Part shown: in pieces, positions 1-10,989 of the stretch
Position numbering within the stretch: the stretch's first letter is position 1
How the letters are laid out: each line of letters begins with the position of its first letter
DNA from: Octopus sinensis
Taxonomy: Eukaryota
Direction: 5' to 3'
Assembly: GCF_006345805.1 (NCBI RefSeq)
Contig: NC_043010.1
Coordinates: forward strand, 49,724,001-49,788,000
Length of the DNA stretch: 64,000 nucleotides
Translations under genes and position numbers: made by a program
The notes under the pieces: generated by a model
Databases searched by the model: none
The model's input: the letters and a program-made list of their open reading frames with translations, nothing else
Told to the model about the DNA's origin: nothing

Positions 1-2622
1 AAGCCATCATCACTGTAGAAACCACAGCTATGCAGGGAAAATTAACTTTCTAAGAGTATTAAGAATGACTGATCGCACAACTAACTCAGTGTCATCATAG
101 TCTCCCCTTGGTGATAGGAAATATCAAAAACCTTGGTCATTCCCTTTTTTGACCAAATAAGATTTGTCATGGTATAGCAATGATATCTTGACATTCATTT
201 CTGTCCTTGTATTCAAATCACTACAAACTGACTGAATTGCTTTCCAATGTCCAGGGCTTTCTCCTGGAGGCCCAGTACATTTGATATGGAAAAGTAGAAA
301 TCACGATATTGACTTGAGTAAATCTGCTCACTGCTTAAGTTTCAATGCCACAGAGATATTCTTTTGACTCATCAGTGTCAATACGGTCAACGTCCGTCGT
401 CTGCTAGGACTTTCTTTTTTCTTATACTGTATGCATTGCATTGCATTACAGTTGTACTTGTCTGACAAGTTACTTGATCTGAGATCATGTATTGAAACTG
501 AAATGATAACATGGCTGAAGAAGCATGTTAGACATTTATAACACATATATAATGATTACACTGTTTTATATCTTGATAGTATTGTTAATACAATGTGTCA
601 CAAATTTTAGTCCTGTCAAGAAATTAAACAAAGTCAGTATAATGCTTATATCTTTTATATAGGCTAGTATTATTATCGTTATCCTGGAAATTAGACAGAT
701 AAATAGATTGACAGATAGATAAATGTATGTATGTGCACAGGGCATACAAACTGTAAGAAATGCAAAGAATATAAGTTACATACAAATGTATCAGGTGCTT
801 ACCCAGCAGTATGTGTGTGGTGATGGTAATTATACAATGAAATCTTTATCTTCAATTTTAAACCACCCACCCTAGCAACTATTTTGTTTTGTTGATATAT
901 TTTCCTGCACTTTTAGAACGTGACCTTTTAATATTATAAAATGAAATTAGTGCATAACCAATCATTTTAGTATGGCTCAGTGGCCTACAATCTTTGCTTT
1001 TTTTTTTGTTTTTTGTTTTTTTTTGCTTTTTGCTTTATCTCACACAAATGTAGACATGCAAACAGAGCTCGTTGCCATTCCATTCCATTTCCTTCCCTTC
1101 ACACTTGCTATTGCAGTTTTGTCCTTGTGGATTTTTTTTTTTTTTGGTTTCATCTTAGATATATCATACTATGTCATAAGAAAAAAACTGTCCAAATGCA
1201 TGCAGCTGCTTGTCTAGTGGCAAAGAGAGACACGTTTATGGTGTGTTTGTGTATGTATTTAGTTTCTTTGTAAGATATAAATACAGCTCGGCTCTTATCG
1301 ATATTCCTATAATGGAAGATTGCCATGAAAGTGAGTTGTTGAAAACAATCAACTTATTACTCACATGTGATTAACTATCTAAAAATTGCAATGTACTTAA
1401 AATAGCAGTTGAAGATGAAAAGCTTTAACCACTATTTTTTTTTTCTCTCTTGTTTTTTAACCTTTCTCATGAGTACCATGGTATTCTCAGCTACTTTCCC
1501 AGATCTATTTAAAATTAATCAGTTAATCACCTCCACTGCTATTGTTTTCTATTTCTCAAGTATTTCTCAGCTATTCATGTTTGTATGTAGGATGTTGCTG
1601 TGGTCGAATGTTTTACTGTATTTTTACCTATTTAAAATCTTTCCTTCTGTCTTCCGCATTCAAAAAAACCTTTTGACATCATCTTTGCCGTTTTCTCCTC
1701 GTAGTGGACTAAATAAATACCAGTTATACGTTGAAGTAATTTCCCATGACTGCATCAAAGGTGTCAAACATATGACCCATGGTACTGATGTAGTCATTTA
1801 ACCCATGCTAGCTTGGAGAAGCAGATGCATATGGCTACCTGTGCAAGATGTGCAGCAAATGTTGGCATACACCATGTAAAGAATATAGAACAGACAACAG
1901 GCACTATCTTTTAATCGAATTCAAAGAATTCAAATTTCCTTGGAATCAACATTGGCATTCATCCTTCTAGGTTCAATAGAATTAAGTACTAGCCAAGTAC
2001 TAGGGTTGATATAATAAGCTTGTTCCCTACCCATAAATTTCTGGCCATGCACCTATGGAGGAAATTAATTTCATTTACATTTTTAACAAGTGGGACCAGC
2101 TTAGTTCTCTTTAACAAGTAACTCAATTCTGAGCAGACTTTCAGAGAGACACACTCACATATCATTCTCAACAGTCTTGTGCCAAATTTGATTTTGGCAA
2201 TAAATGTACAATGATAAATGAATAGGAAAAGTAAATGGCTCTCTACACATTTTCTAGACACACATGTAGCCTTTAGTTAGAGGTGATTACTTTGAAATCG
2301 CATTGTTTTTACAAGCCTCAAGTACCCCTGCTTTTTCCTCTTGCATACCCCAGTTTAAAAACCACTGCTCTGTTCTCATCAGTTGGTAAACTATGTAATC
2401 ATCAACTCTTTCAATGATATTTGGTAGTTTTTGACTTCACTAATTTGCTTAGTCTGCCATGGACAGTGTATATGAAAGTACTACACAAGTGGGCATAACT
2501 TCCTTTTACTGGCTGATATTGGTTGTTCAAATCATACATGTTGGTTGGTTGAGTAACTCTATCTCTATAGAAACTCTTCTTCCTGTTCTTCATTGCAAAC
2601 AATGGGCTCCAAGCAGAAGCAA

Positions 2623-2851
2623 GGCGGTGAGCTGGCAGAATCGTTAGCACGCTGGGCGAAATGCTTAGCGGCATTTCGTCTGCTCTTACATTCTGAGTTC
2701 AAATTCCGCTGAGATCGACTTTGCCTTTCATCCTTTCGGGGTCGATAAATTAAGTACCAGTTACACACTTGGGTCGATATGATCGACTTAATCCCTTTGT
2801 CTGTCCTTGTTTGTCCCCTCTGTTTAGCCCCTTGTGGGCAATTAAGAAATA
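2623..2851 (+). mobile_element. tRNA-headed SINE, family B (GGCGGTGAGCTGGCAGAATCG head; CCTTTCATCCTTTCGGGGTCGATAAA core, MetaSINE-like as I recall)
   Basis: B-box GAGTTCAAATTCC; TSD AGAAGCAA at 2615-2622 and 2852-2859. Many other copies lie near 17800, 19750, 20500-20830, 35451, 40250, 40555, 43535, 46370, 47610, 53890-54750 and 60850. Confidence 0.9.
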
Positions 2852-2983
2852 AGAAGCAACATTCCATCATTTAGTTCTTGATGAAGGTGGGCTAAAGGAT
2901 GTTTGACATCTACAAAAGGCTATTGGTTGTTGACATAGATAACATCTTTGATATGAGCAAGGTATACCGATAGATGAAGTTAA

Positions 2984-3195
2984 ACCCTTCAGCTTCCAGA
3001 TTATGCTGTCAAATGCAATTCTTATTTATTCATGTTATTTTGAATTAATCATGAATTATCTTGAAGCTTTAAGTTGTATTAGTTTATTTTTAGAATCACA
3101 TTGTAGGGTAGATGTGAGAGGTTGGATCTGGCCTGTTTGAGCTTAAAACAAGTAGAATATTTGGTCCTTGATATGGCTGGTTTAAAGCTAGAGGG
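2984..3195 (+). mobile_element. piggyBac-type MITE, family C (TIR CCCTTTAGCATT...AATGCTAAAGGG, TTAA TSD)
   Basis: TTAA at 2980-2983 and 3196-3199. Removing the element rejoins the mariner frame. Homologous copies lie at 22604, 26919, 51249, 52933 and (partial) 36650. Confidence 0.85.
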
Positions 3196-4361
3196 TTAAA
3201 GAAGAGGAAAGACAGTAATGGAAGACAAACTACACCATGGAAGACCATCGACTGCAACCACTGACTCAAATTGCTAGCAAGTAGAAGAATTGATTTGTGC
3301 AGACAATCTGAGCTTCCTGCTCAACTGGACTGTGATTGCCATCAACACCTGATTTGGAAGAGAGACGGGTGAAAGTGTGCCTTGATCAGCTGGAAGCACA
3401 GGAAGCCAATGAAGAAATGTATTTTCTGATTTAGTGACAAAATAAAATGTGGGCATATCGTTATGATCTAGAAACGAATGCTTTTTCAGTGGAATGGTGT
3501 CACACCTCTTCTCCAAGATGTTCAGGAGCTCATAGTCAGCACAGAAAGTCATGGTAATATTTTTTCTTTCTTCTTGGAGATGACAAAGGCATTATTTCAT
3601 TGAACATGACTGTACTATGAACAGTGAGGGATACATAAAAAAACAAAAAACTTAGAGAAACCACTCGGAGGAAAAAATCAAACAAGAACCTGAAAATGAT
3701 TCACATTCACCACGAGAATGTCTGACTACACATATTTGTCAACAATCAGTGGACTGGTCAGTGGGTTCACCATCCACCGTTCAGTCTGGATCTGATATCC
3801 TCCAACTTCCACCTGTTCAATATAATGACGAGCAGTGTTGGGGTGAGGAACAAATATTTGACGACACAGGTGAAAGTGGCCGTGAAGAAATTAGTACAAC
3901 ACTGCACGCTGAAATTTTTCAAAGATGATTCGTAAATTCAGTTAAACGATGGCACAAATGCATTGATTGTGATGGAAACTATGGTGAGTAGTAGCTTCGC
4001 GTACCAACATGTGCAATTTGAACGAATTATGTCAGATAATTAAAAAAAATTATACCAACTTTTGCACAGCTCTAGTATAATTAATCTTTCAGTCGAACAT
4101 TAAGCGTTCCACAGTGTATGGCCGACTCGATTAAACATCATCCTCAGATCAGTTATTCATGTATGTTATATATAGTGCTAAGCTTAACCTTTATTAATGA
4201 TTGTCCACATTTATAAAATTTATTGACAATTAGGGTTGGCTTTAGCATTTTTACCTAGTCACCAAGCTAAGAAGAAATAGCAGCCAAATCTCTCAAATCA
4301 CAGCTTGCCGCCTTAAATGAGGATGCAGGATTATGTAGTCCTCACGATATACTGAGTCAAA

Positions 4362-4768
4362 GGATCTTTTCGGTTTGAACGGCAGTTTTTCTAGCGGTGT
4401 CATATGAAATTGTCACCCATAATTATGACCCTAGTATCGATCTATTGCATTTCAATCTGTTTTAGGGTTAGTGGTGGGGGGAAGGGTATCTTTTTTTTCT
4501 TCAGAAATGTAAATAAACCCAACCCGTTTCTTAAACGAGGGACATATTCATACGGCACATAATGTTTTCACCTCAATAGACGTCATTGATTGGTTGAAAT
4601 TGCAGAAAAAAAAACAACAACAAATATGTTACAAACTATAGAATTTTCTCAATAAAGCCAAGAGAAAAAGATGTTTTATAAATACATTCTACCAGTATGC
4701 GAAGTTTAAAAGTGTTTAGTTACGTGGAAATTATTTTTAAAAAACTGCCGTTCAAACCGAAAAGATCC
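4362..4768. mobile_element. MITE with 29-bp TIRs and 8-bp TSD, Merlin-like
   Basis: GGATCTTTTCGGTTTGAACGGCAGTTTTT and AAAAACTGCCGTTCAAACCGAAAAGATCC are exact reverse complements. GAGTCAAA is duplicated at 4354-4361 and 4769-4776. Confidence 0.9.
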
Positions 4769-4949
4769 GAGTCAAAAAGAAACAGAACAAAAAAAAAAAA
4801 AAAGAACGGACAGTAACGACTTCAATTATAAGTTTACTTGAAGCAAAAACAATCTACAGTATATAGAAACTTTTCCCCTTTCCCGGTAGTTGCTGTTGTT
4901 TTCTGAAGCGTTTTTAATTTCTTACAATAGCTTAAAATCCCGAGGATTA

Positions 4950-6100
4950 TCCAAAGGGAAACGGGGGTAAGCGGAAAGGCTTACCAATCTACCTCTCTTG
5001 TTTCACCACCACCGACCACCACCCCTTTCATAGACATGAATGAAGTTGGAAAGAGTTTCCAGTTGGGAATTGAAACCGGGTCACGAACTCGGATTACCTA
5101 AAAAGCTTACACGTCTTAAAACTTCGGCACTGTCGTTTTTTTATCAACAACAAACAAACAGTCACATTGATACGACTCATTATTTATTACTATAATTTCT
5201 CTCTGTGAAACATATCTTTCTGTCGGTGTCGGCGGCGGCGGTGGCGGCTCTAAAAACAAAAAGTGTTCAGTGCGAACTTCTTAATGCAAGCCTTTATATT
5301 ATTTACGTTATTGGAGGAGGAGGAGGAAGAGATAGGAGGGGAAAGACGGGGGTGGGGTGGGGTGGGGTGGGAGGGAGGGAGGGAGGAGGTGACGAAAATA
5401 TCTTCTTTTAGCTTGTCTGAAACTGATTAACCAGCTGCTGCCGCCTTTGAGATATATAGCTTTATGTAAACATTGCCTGGTTGAGACTGGCTGAACATTA
5501 ATGGAATGCTTCAAACAGTAAAAGCGAGCTCTTGAAGGTTTTTAGCATTAGCAGATAAAGAAAGGAAGGAAGGAAGAAAAGAAAAGAAAAGAAAAGAGAA
5601 GAGAAAAGAAAAGAAAAGAGAAGAGAAAAGAAAAGCAGAAGCAAAGCAGCACCAGTGATTCTTCGTCAGCCAATAATGCTGGTCGGTCTGGCCTTGTCAG
5701 CCTTTAGAGCTTGACTGCCGAAGCCAGCCCTCCACTTCAAAGGAGGACATGTTGACCTAAATAAACTGCATGACTAAGCTATTAAAACCAGTCAGTTGTA
5801 TTGATTTAAAGGCAACAGTGAACAATTATAGTAGTAGTAGTAGTAATAGCCGTAGTGGTAGTGGTGGTAACGATACCGTCGTGTGTGTGTATGTATGTAT
5901 GTTATGTTATGTATGCGAGTGCGCGCGCGCGATAAGTGATGACAACATCACTTGGATGCAGCTGCTAGTTTGCCAGTGTCTCGACAGGCTGCATATCGTA
6001 AACTATTATACCTTGGCGTATTCATAGAAAGCGGGAGAACCTCTCTCGCTTTCGCTCTCTCTTTCTCTCTCATCTTCTCCCTCTCTCTCTCTTTCACTTA
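4950..6100. promoter_or_regulatory. CpG-retaining, probably bidirectional promoter region
   Basis: (GGC)n at about 5231-5248, GCGCGCGCG at about 5920, G-tracts, (GAAAA)n and CT-rich tracts. Minus-strand donor-like sites lie near 4981, 5095 and 5107, and a + strand donor lies at 6643. Confidence 0.5.
5565..5640 (+). repeat. (GAAAA/GAGAA)n simple repeat
   Basis: Direct inspection. Confidence 0.95.
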
Positions 6101-6642
6101 AGCGAGAGACAGAGAGTGTGAGTAGAACCTGTAGCTACTTGCTAAAGCTTGGTCGTCGTTTACCACAACTATTGATTTCTTTTGACTGAGCCCCAAGGTC
6201 ATTTCTTCTTAGGGAAAGGGGATATATATATATATGTAATCAGTTGGAAAACAGTGTCAGTGTATCACTGGTACTTTTGTTTGTTTTTTTTTTCTTCTTC
6301 TACTTCTACTTCTTCCGTCTTTGTTTTACGTCATCGACTCTAGTGGGATTCGAACTCGGAAAGTTTTCAGTGAACTAATTAAAAAATATCTCCATCCTGT
6401 CCAGTGTTTGTTAACTGTCACTTCCAGATATCATCTCTTATTTACCATCACCACCACCAATTACCACTCCTACAACTTCACTGCTTCTGATGACAGAGGT
6501 TGGTTTATAATAGGAGAGACAGAGAGACAGAGATCACTTTACTTACTTTCATAGGAATTTTCATTACGTTTTCTGATCCTGTATATCTTCAAAAAAAGAC
6601 ACAAAACAACAATCAAATATATATATATATATTTCTTAAATA
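5950..6642 (+). other. Candidate non-coding first exon / 5' UTR of a + strand gene
   Basis: CT-rich leader downstream of the CpG-rich core, ending at AAATAG|GTATGG (about 6642/6643) and followed by T-rich intron-like sequence. No long ORF. The start position is a guess. Confidence 0.4.
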
Positions 6643-7919
6643 GGTATGGATACTTTTTTTTTTGTTTTGCTTTAAATTTTGTTCGCCTTTATTATTTTTT
6701 TATCTTTCTGGTTTTGTTTTCAAAATGATATCAAATCCTTAACATATGTCTATGAAACTCTGTCTTTAAACAAACATTCCTCTGTATTTATCTGTTTCCG
6801 TCGGTTTTTCCCATTTAACACAATACATACATACAAATACACCTATATATATATATACACACACATGTTTGTATGTTCTCTTGACATATGTGCTATTAAA
6901 CATTCTCGCTTTCATCAATGACTTTAACAGTTATTTAACTTTTTTTAAACTTTCAAAACAATAATCGAAAGGGGGGGGGCGGCTGAATATACATATGGTT
7001 GCTTTTTGCTTTTGAACTATTTCTTCGAAAGCGAATATATTATTTTATGTGTAATGAATAATTCGTTACTTTAAAGTTATTCAATTTATCTTGGTTCATT
7101 CAGTCGTTAATGTTTTGGCTTATTTTATTTACTTAATTTCTAAATTTCTGTTGGTAAGGACTGACTTGGATGTACGTGTTATATCCATTGCCTTAAATGT
7201 ATAAAAATATATATATATATATAAAATATACCCTACCACCACCAATCTTTTTTGCATTCTCCATCTCTCTTATTATTATTATTACATCGGTCTTTTTCTT
7301 CTCCATCAAAACAATTTTTTTCCGAATTAAAGTAACTTGCTTTATACTTCGTAGACGATATTGTATAAAGTGGGTCTTTCGTTAGCGGACAATTTTGAAG
7401 TAAATTAAAGTTAGCCAACTTCCTACAGACAACTGATGTTGAATAACTAAGTCTCACAAGTATTATAAATACAGATTTTATTTCATTATTGATAGCAATT
7501 TTTCTAATTCTCGAGCGACTTTTTTGTAGGTATTTATTTACCTATAGCGTATAAATAACTTCTACAAAATATTTCGAAAAATCATTCACTTCACGGTGGG
7601 TTTAAAACACACCGAACTGATTAGTGTGTCCCATGTTGAAGCCCACCACCTGTCATTTGAAATTAGAATTTTTTTTATTGTTAAGGTATGTGTTGACACT
7701 GATCTTAATCGTATACCATACACTTTAACAACAAAAGTTTGTATAGTATTGTAAGTTCGGCTTATATATATATATAGTCTTAGTTTCGTGATCAGCAAAG
7801 ATTTGCGAAACTCGGAGTACCAACTGAGTAAATCTAAGCTGCTTTAATAAATATTTCAATTACACACCACTTCGATATTGAGTACTTCGACATTTTTGTA
7901 AATTCAAACGTAAGTAACC

Positions 7920-8013
7920 GATCCACTGAGAAGACGGCGTGGAAGTTAACATAGATAACAATAAACTGCATTACCATACAGACTTCACACAATTTAACCG
8001 CAAGTTTGTTTGG
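7920..8013 (+). other. Candidate alternative non-coding exon
   Basis: Ends in a strong donor TGG|GTAAGT within the CpG-retaining zone. The 5' boundary is uncertain. Confidence 0.3.
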
Positions 8014-8856
8014 GTAAGTTAATGTTGTTTACCTCACATAAACAACAACTAAACTACTGAACTTTCAAGTTGAAAGGCGATGGTGTATGTAGTAGAGCGT
8101 ATCGTTTTTTTTTTCCTTTCGCAAACTTATATTATTATTATTATTTTATTTTCTCTCGGTCTTTCAGACTTTTAATTTCGCTCCGAGTTTTTACGAATGA
8201 ATTATATCTGTAATCACGATATTGTTGGCCAATATCTGTATATTGACCATAATGTTTAGGAATATAAAATTTAAACAAACGAAGGAAATATTGTTCATTT
8301 ATACAATAAATTTGTGCCAGTGCTTGATCACCACTAGGCATAATTTATTTGCAGAAATAATTAAGCTACGACAGAACACAAACAGTGGGCCTAGAAAATC
8401 TTTAAGCTCTAATGGGTCGAAAATAAAAACAACCCCCCCAAATTTTTTTAACCCCCTAGATCGCTAAAAATTAGTCTGATGACTACGAGAGCGATTTAAA
8501 AAAAAACTTTTTAATGTTTTTTTTTATTTTCACTAAGTAAATATCACGACTGGCATAGATTTGATATAACGCTGTGCACATTACGTTATGCATATTAATT
8601 TCAATAACTTTGTGTGCATAATGTAATATATGTTACACACATAAACGTATTGTATGAGCCTGTGGTTGTGACTTTATGCATGCAATGTACACACACAGAA
8701 TGAGAGAGAAATAACTTTTAATAAACATTTTATCTTTGTAAAATCGTAAGCATTTCTTACCTACCTAACCTACAACTACACTGACATAAATAAACACCAT
8801 AACAACGATACAACATTGTACATATACGTTGTATATCAATTTCAGTATGTACGTTT

Positions 8857-8887
<31 letters not shown>

Positions 8888-9360
8888 CACACACATACAT
8901 GCATACATACATACATGTATGTCTTGTAATGATAACTGAACAGGACGTTTATTTTGCGTAGAAATGAGGGTAACTTATCAATGATTAATTCGCTTGTTGT
9001 TTACTGAAGGATTAGCTCTGGTTATACATTTAAGATGGATTAATACTAATTTATTTCTTTATTCATTTTTTCTTTCTTTTTTAATTCTGTTCACAACCGC
9101 TAAGTGTTTAATTAATCTTGAAGTAATCTGCCTTCAGAAGGTAAATTTTTTTTTTTTATCTTCTTAATTCTCTCACAATTTATGAATATGTTCAAATTCC
9201 CTTTATATTGTGATTATTAGGTTTCAGTGCTTCGGATCTAAATAATTTCAATTGTTCTCTTTTTTTAAATTTTATTTCCAATCATTGCCCCTCAACCGTT
9301 AAACGGGTGCTGCAGGAAACTTGTAAGATGTGGGCGGGAATTTTATATTCATAACAAAAT

Positions 9361-9393
9361 TATATATAATATATATATATACACATTTATATA

Positions 9394-9481
<88 letters not shown>
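9361..9481. repeat. (TA)n microsatellite
   Basis: Direct inspection. Confidence 0.98.
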
Positions 9482-9482
<1 letters not shown>

Positions 9483-9485
<3 letters not shown>

Positions 9486-9878
9486 CAGGTGTAGCTGCGT
9501 GGTAGAGAAGTTTGCTTCCCGATCATGAAGTCTTGAGTTCGGTTCCGCTGCGTGGCACCTTAACCAAATGGCCCCGGTTCGACCGAAGCCATATGAGTAG
9601 GTTTGGTAGACGGAACCTGAAACAATTCCTTCGTATATAATATATAAATGTGTGTGTATGTGTCTTTGTGTTTGCCCTCCTTTTGTTTATGTAACTTAAC
9701 GGTTCGACAAATTAACCCGTGATCTCAAACCGAAAAGATCCTTAACCTGACAGAATAAGCACCGGGTTTTAGTCCAGATGGGGAGAACTGAGCTCGTTTT
9801 CTTCGACTAAATCCCTTCAAAGGTGGTCGGTATTCCAGCATGGTCACAATCCAACGACTGAAACAAGTAAAAGATTAA
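9483..9878 (+). mobile_element. Diverged tRNA-headed SINE, family A
   Basis: GTAGCTGCGTGGTAGAGAAG head, GAGTTCGGTTCC B-box-like motif, internal TA/TG microsatellite and GACTGAAACAAGTAAAAG tail. Confidence 0.85.
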
Positions 9879-10327
9879 AAAGAAGGAAAAAAAAAATGAA
9901 TAGATTACTTTGCGAACGGTAATAATTCGATTGTAACAGAAAACTTGAATGTCGTCAGCTTTTAACAGCAAGTTGCCCCTTTAAAAGATCTATCAGTCAA
10001 CTTGTTGTACAGCCAAATAGTCCAACTTTCTTGTTTTTAAGTTTCGTGAAACAAACGTTAGTCTCTCGCGATGACTGATTTCAAAAGTGAATTTTGGTGG
10101 CTTTTCACGAGAAAAGGGTGGGGAAAAAAAGAAGAAAAAAGTAATTTAAATCTCATATCTCGACTGATAGTAGTTGTAATTTTCCCCCTCCTTTTGTAAA
10201 TAATAAATCGCTTCACGATCAACTATTCTTTATTTACACTAACGACTTGCTTTTCTGCTGACTGACCTGAAAGTTGTTTTTTGTGTACATACTATTTACT
10301 AAAATATATAATATATGAGTTCTTGTA

Positions 10328-10359
<32 letters not shown>

Positions 10360-10989
10360 CAAAATGAGAAAATGGAGAAATATATCTAAATCAATCATCA
10401 ACTATCAGATAATACCCAATCAATACTTTATTAAACCACTACACAATAGCAATGATATTATACATTAATATAGTACAAATATAACAAGACATAGAAATAG
10501 AAATACATACATATATATATAAATTTATATAAATAAGGATAAGATCGTTATTTAAAATACCGATCATATCAGGTGGCTAGCCTGGGAATAGAAACTTCAT
10601 AGGTAATAGTAATTATTAAAACTATAATTAAGGGTATCTAAAAGATACCACCATGCTGGAAATAGCAGCCAAAACTTGACCCTAAAACCACATTAACTGT
10701 TCATACAGCACCAGGAGAGAAGGCAAAGAGACAAAATATTTTGTCTCTTTATTTTCTCTCCTGGTGCTATTATCATTATTATTATTATTATTGTTGTTGT
10801 TTCAGTCATTTGACTGCAACCTTACTGGAACACCGCATTAAAATATAAATATGTGTTTACAGTGTAAGTATGTATGTATATAGTGTGTGTGTGTGTATAT
10901 ATATTTTATCATTTTCAGCTCAAACCTGTGGCCATGATGGGGCACCACCGTTTTGCTACACTTATTATTGAGAGCCTCCTTTGATATGT

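Larger units (their letters stand above)
2469..4077 (+). mobile_element. Decayed near-full-length mariner (DD34D-type) transposon, interrupted by a SINE and a piggyBac-type MITE
   Basis: Broken frames give MGSKQKQ..SII*FLMK..DIYKRLL..SKVYR*MKL, EDKLHHGRPSTATTDSNC*QVEELI, WAYRYDLET, HPPFSLDLISSNFHLF (3771-3818; cf. mariner YSPDLAPSDFHLF) and KRWHKCIDCDGNYGE* (ends 3991). Degenerate TIR-like ends lie near 2469 and 4077. Confidence 0.9.

Noticed and set aside
330-378. Minus-strand CTGATGA...GAAAC hammerhead-like spacing
   Set aside because: Stem II does not abut GAAA, and there is no G-U-H with a stem III or a separate stem I.
972-1801. Hydrophobic F/L-rich ORFs resembling membrane proteins
   Set aside because: They are a compositional artifact of T-rich DNA, with no recognisable family or splice support.
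1734-1817. Minus-strand frame HGLNDYISTMGHMFDTFDAVMGNYFNV* looking like a terminal coding exon
   Set aside because: The acceptor is weak or ambiguous, the better upstream acceptor gives early stops, and the peptide is unrecognised.
2350-2385. Minus-strand CTGATGA-GAAC..GTTT-TTAAAC
   Set aside because: The GAAA half is destroyed; at most a dead pLTR remnant.
4460-4472. TTTAGGGTTAG telomere-like motif
   Set aside because: It is fewer than two units and internal to the MITE.
6340-6360. Perfect reverse B-box (GAGTTCGAATCCC) suggesting a tRNA gene
   Set aside because: There is no A-box or cloverleaf at the right spacing.
10555-10605. CCGATCA...GAAACTTC hammerhead-like motif
   Set aside because: It needs three or more core reversions, which is too degenerate to support.
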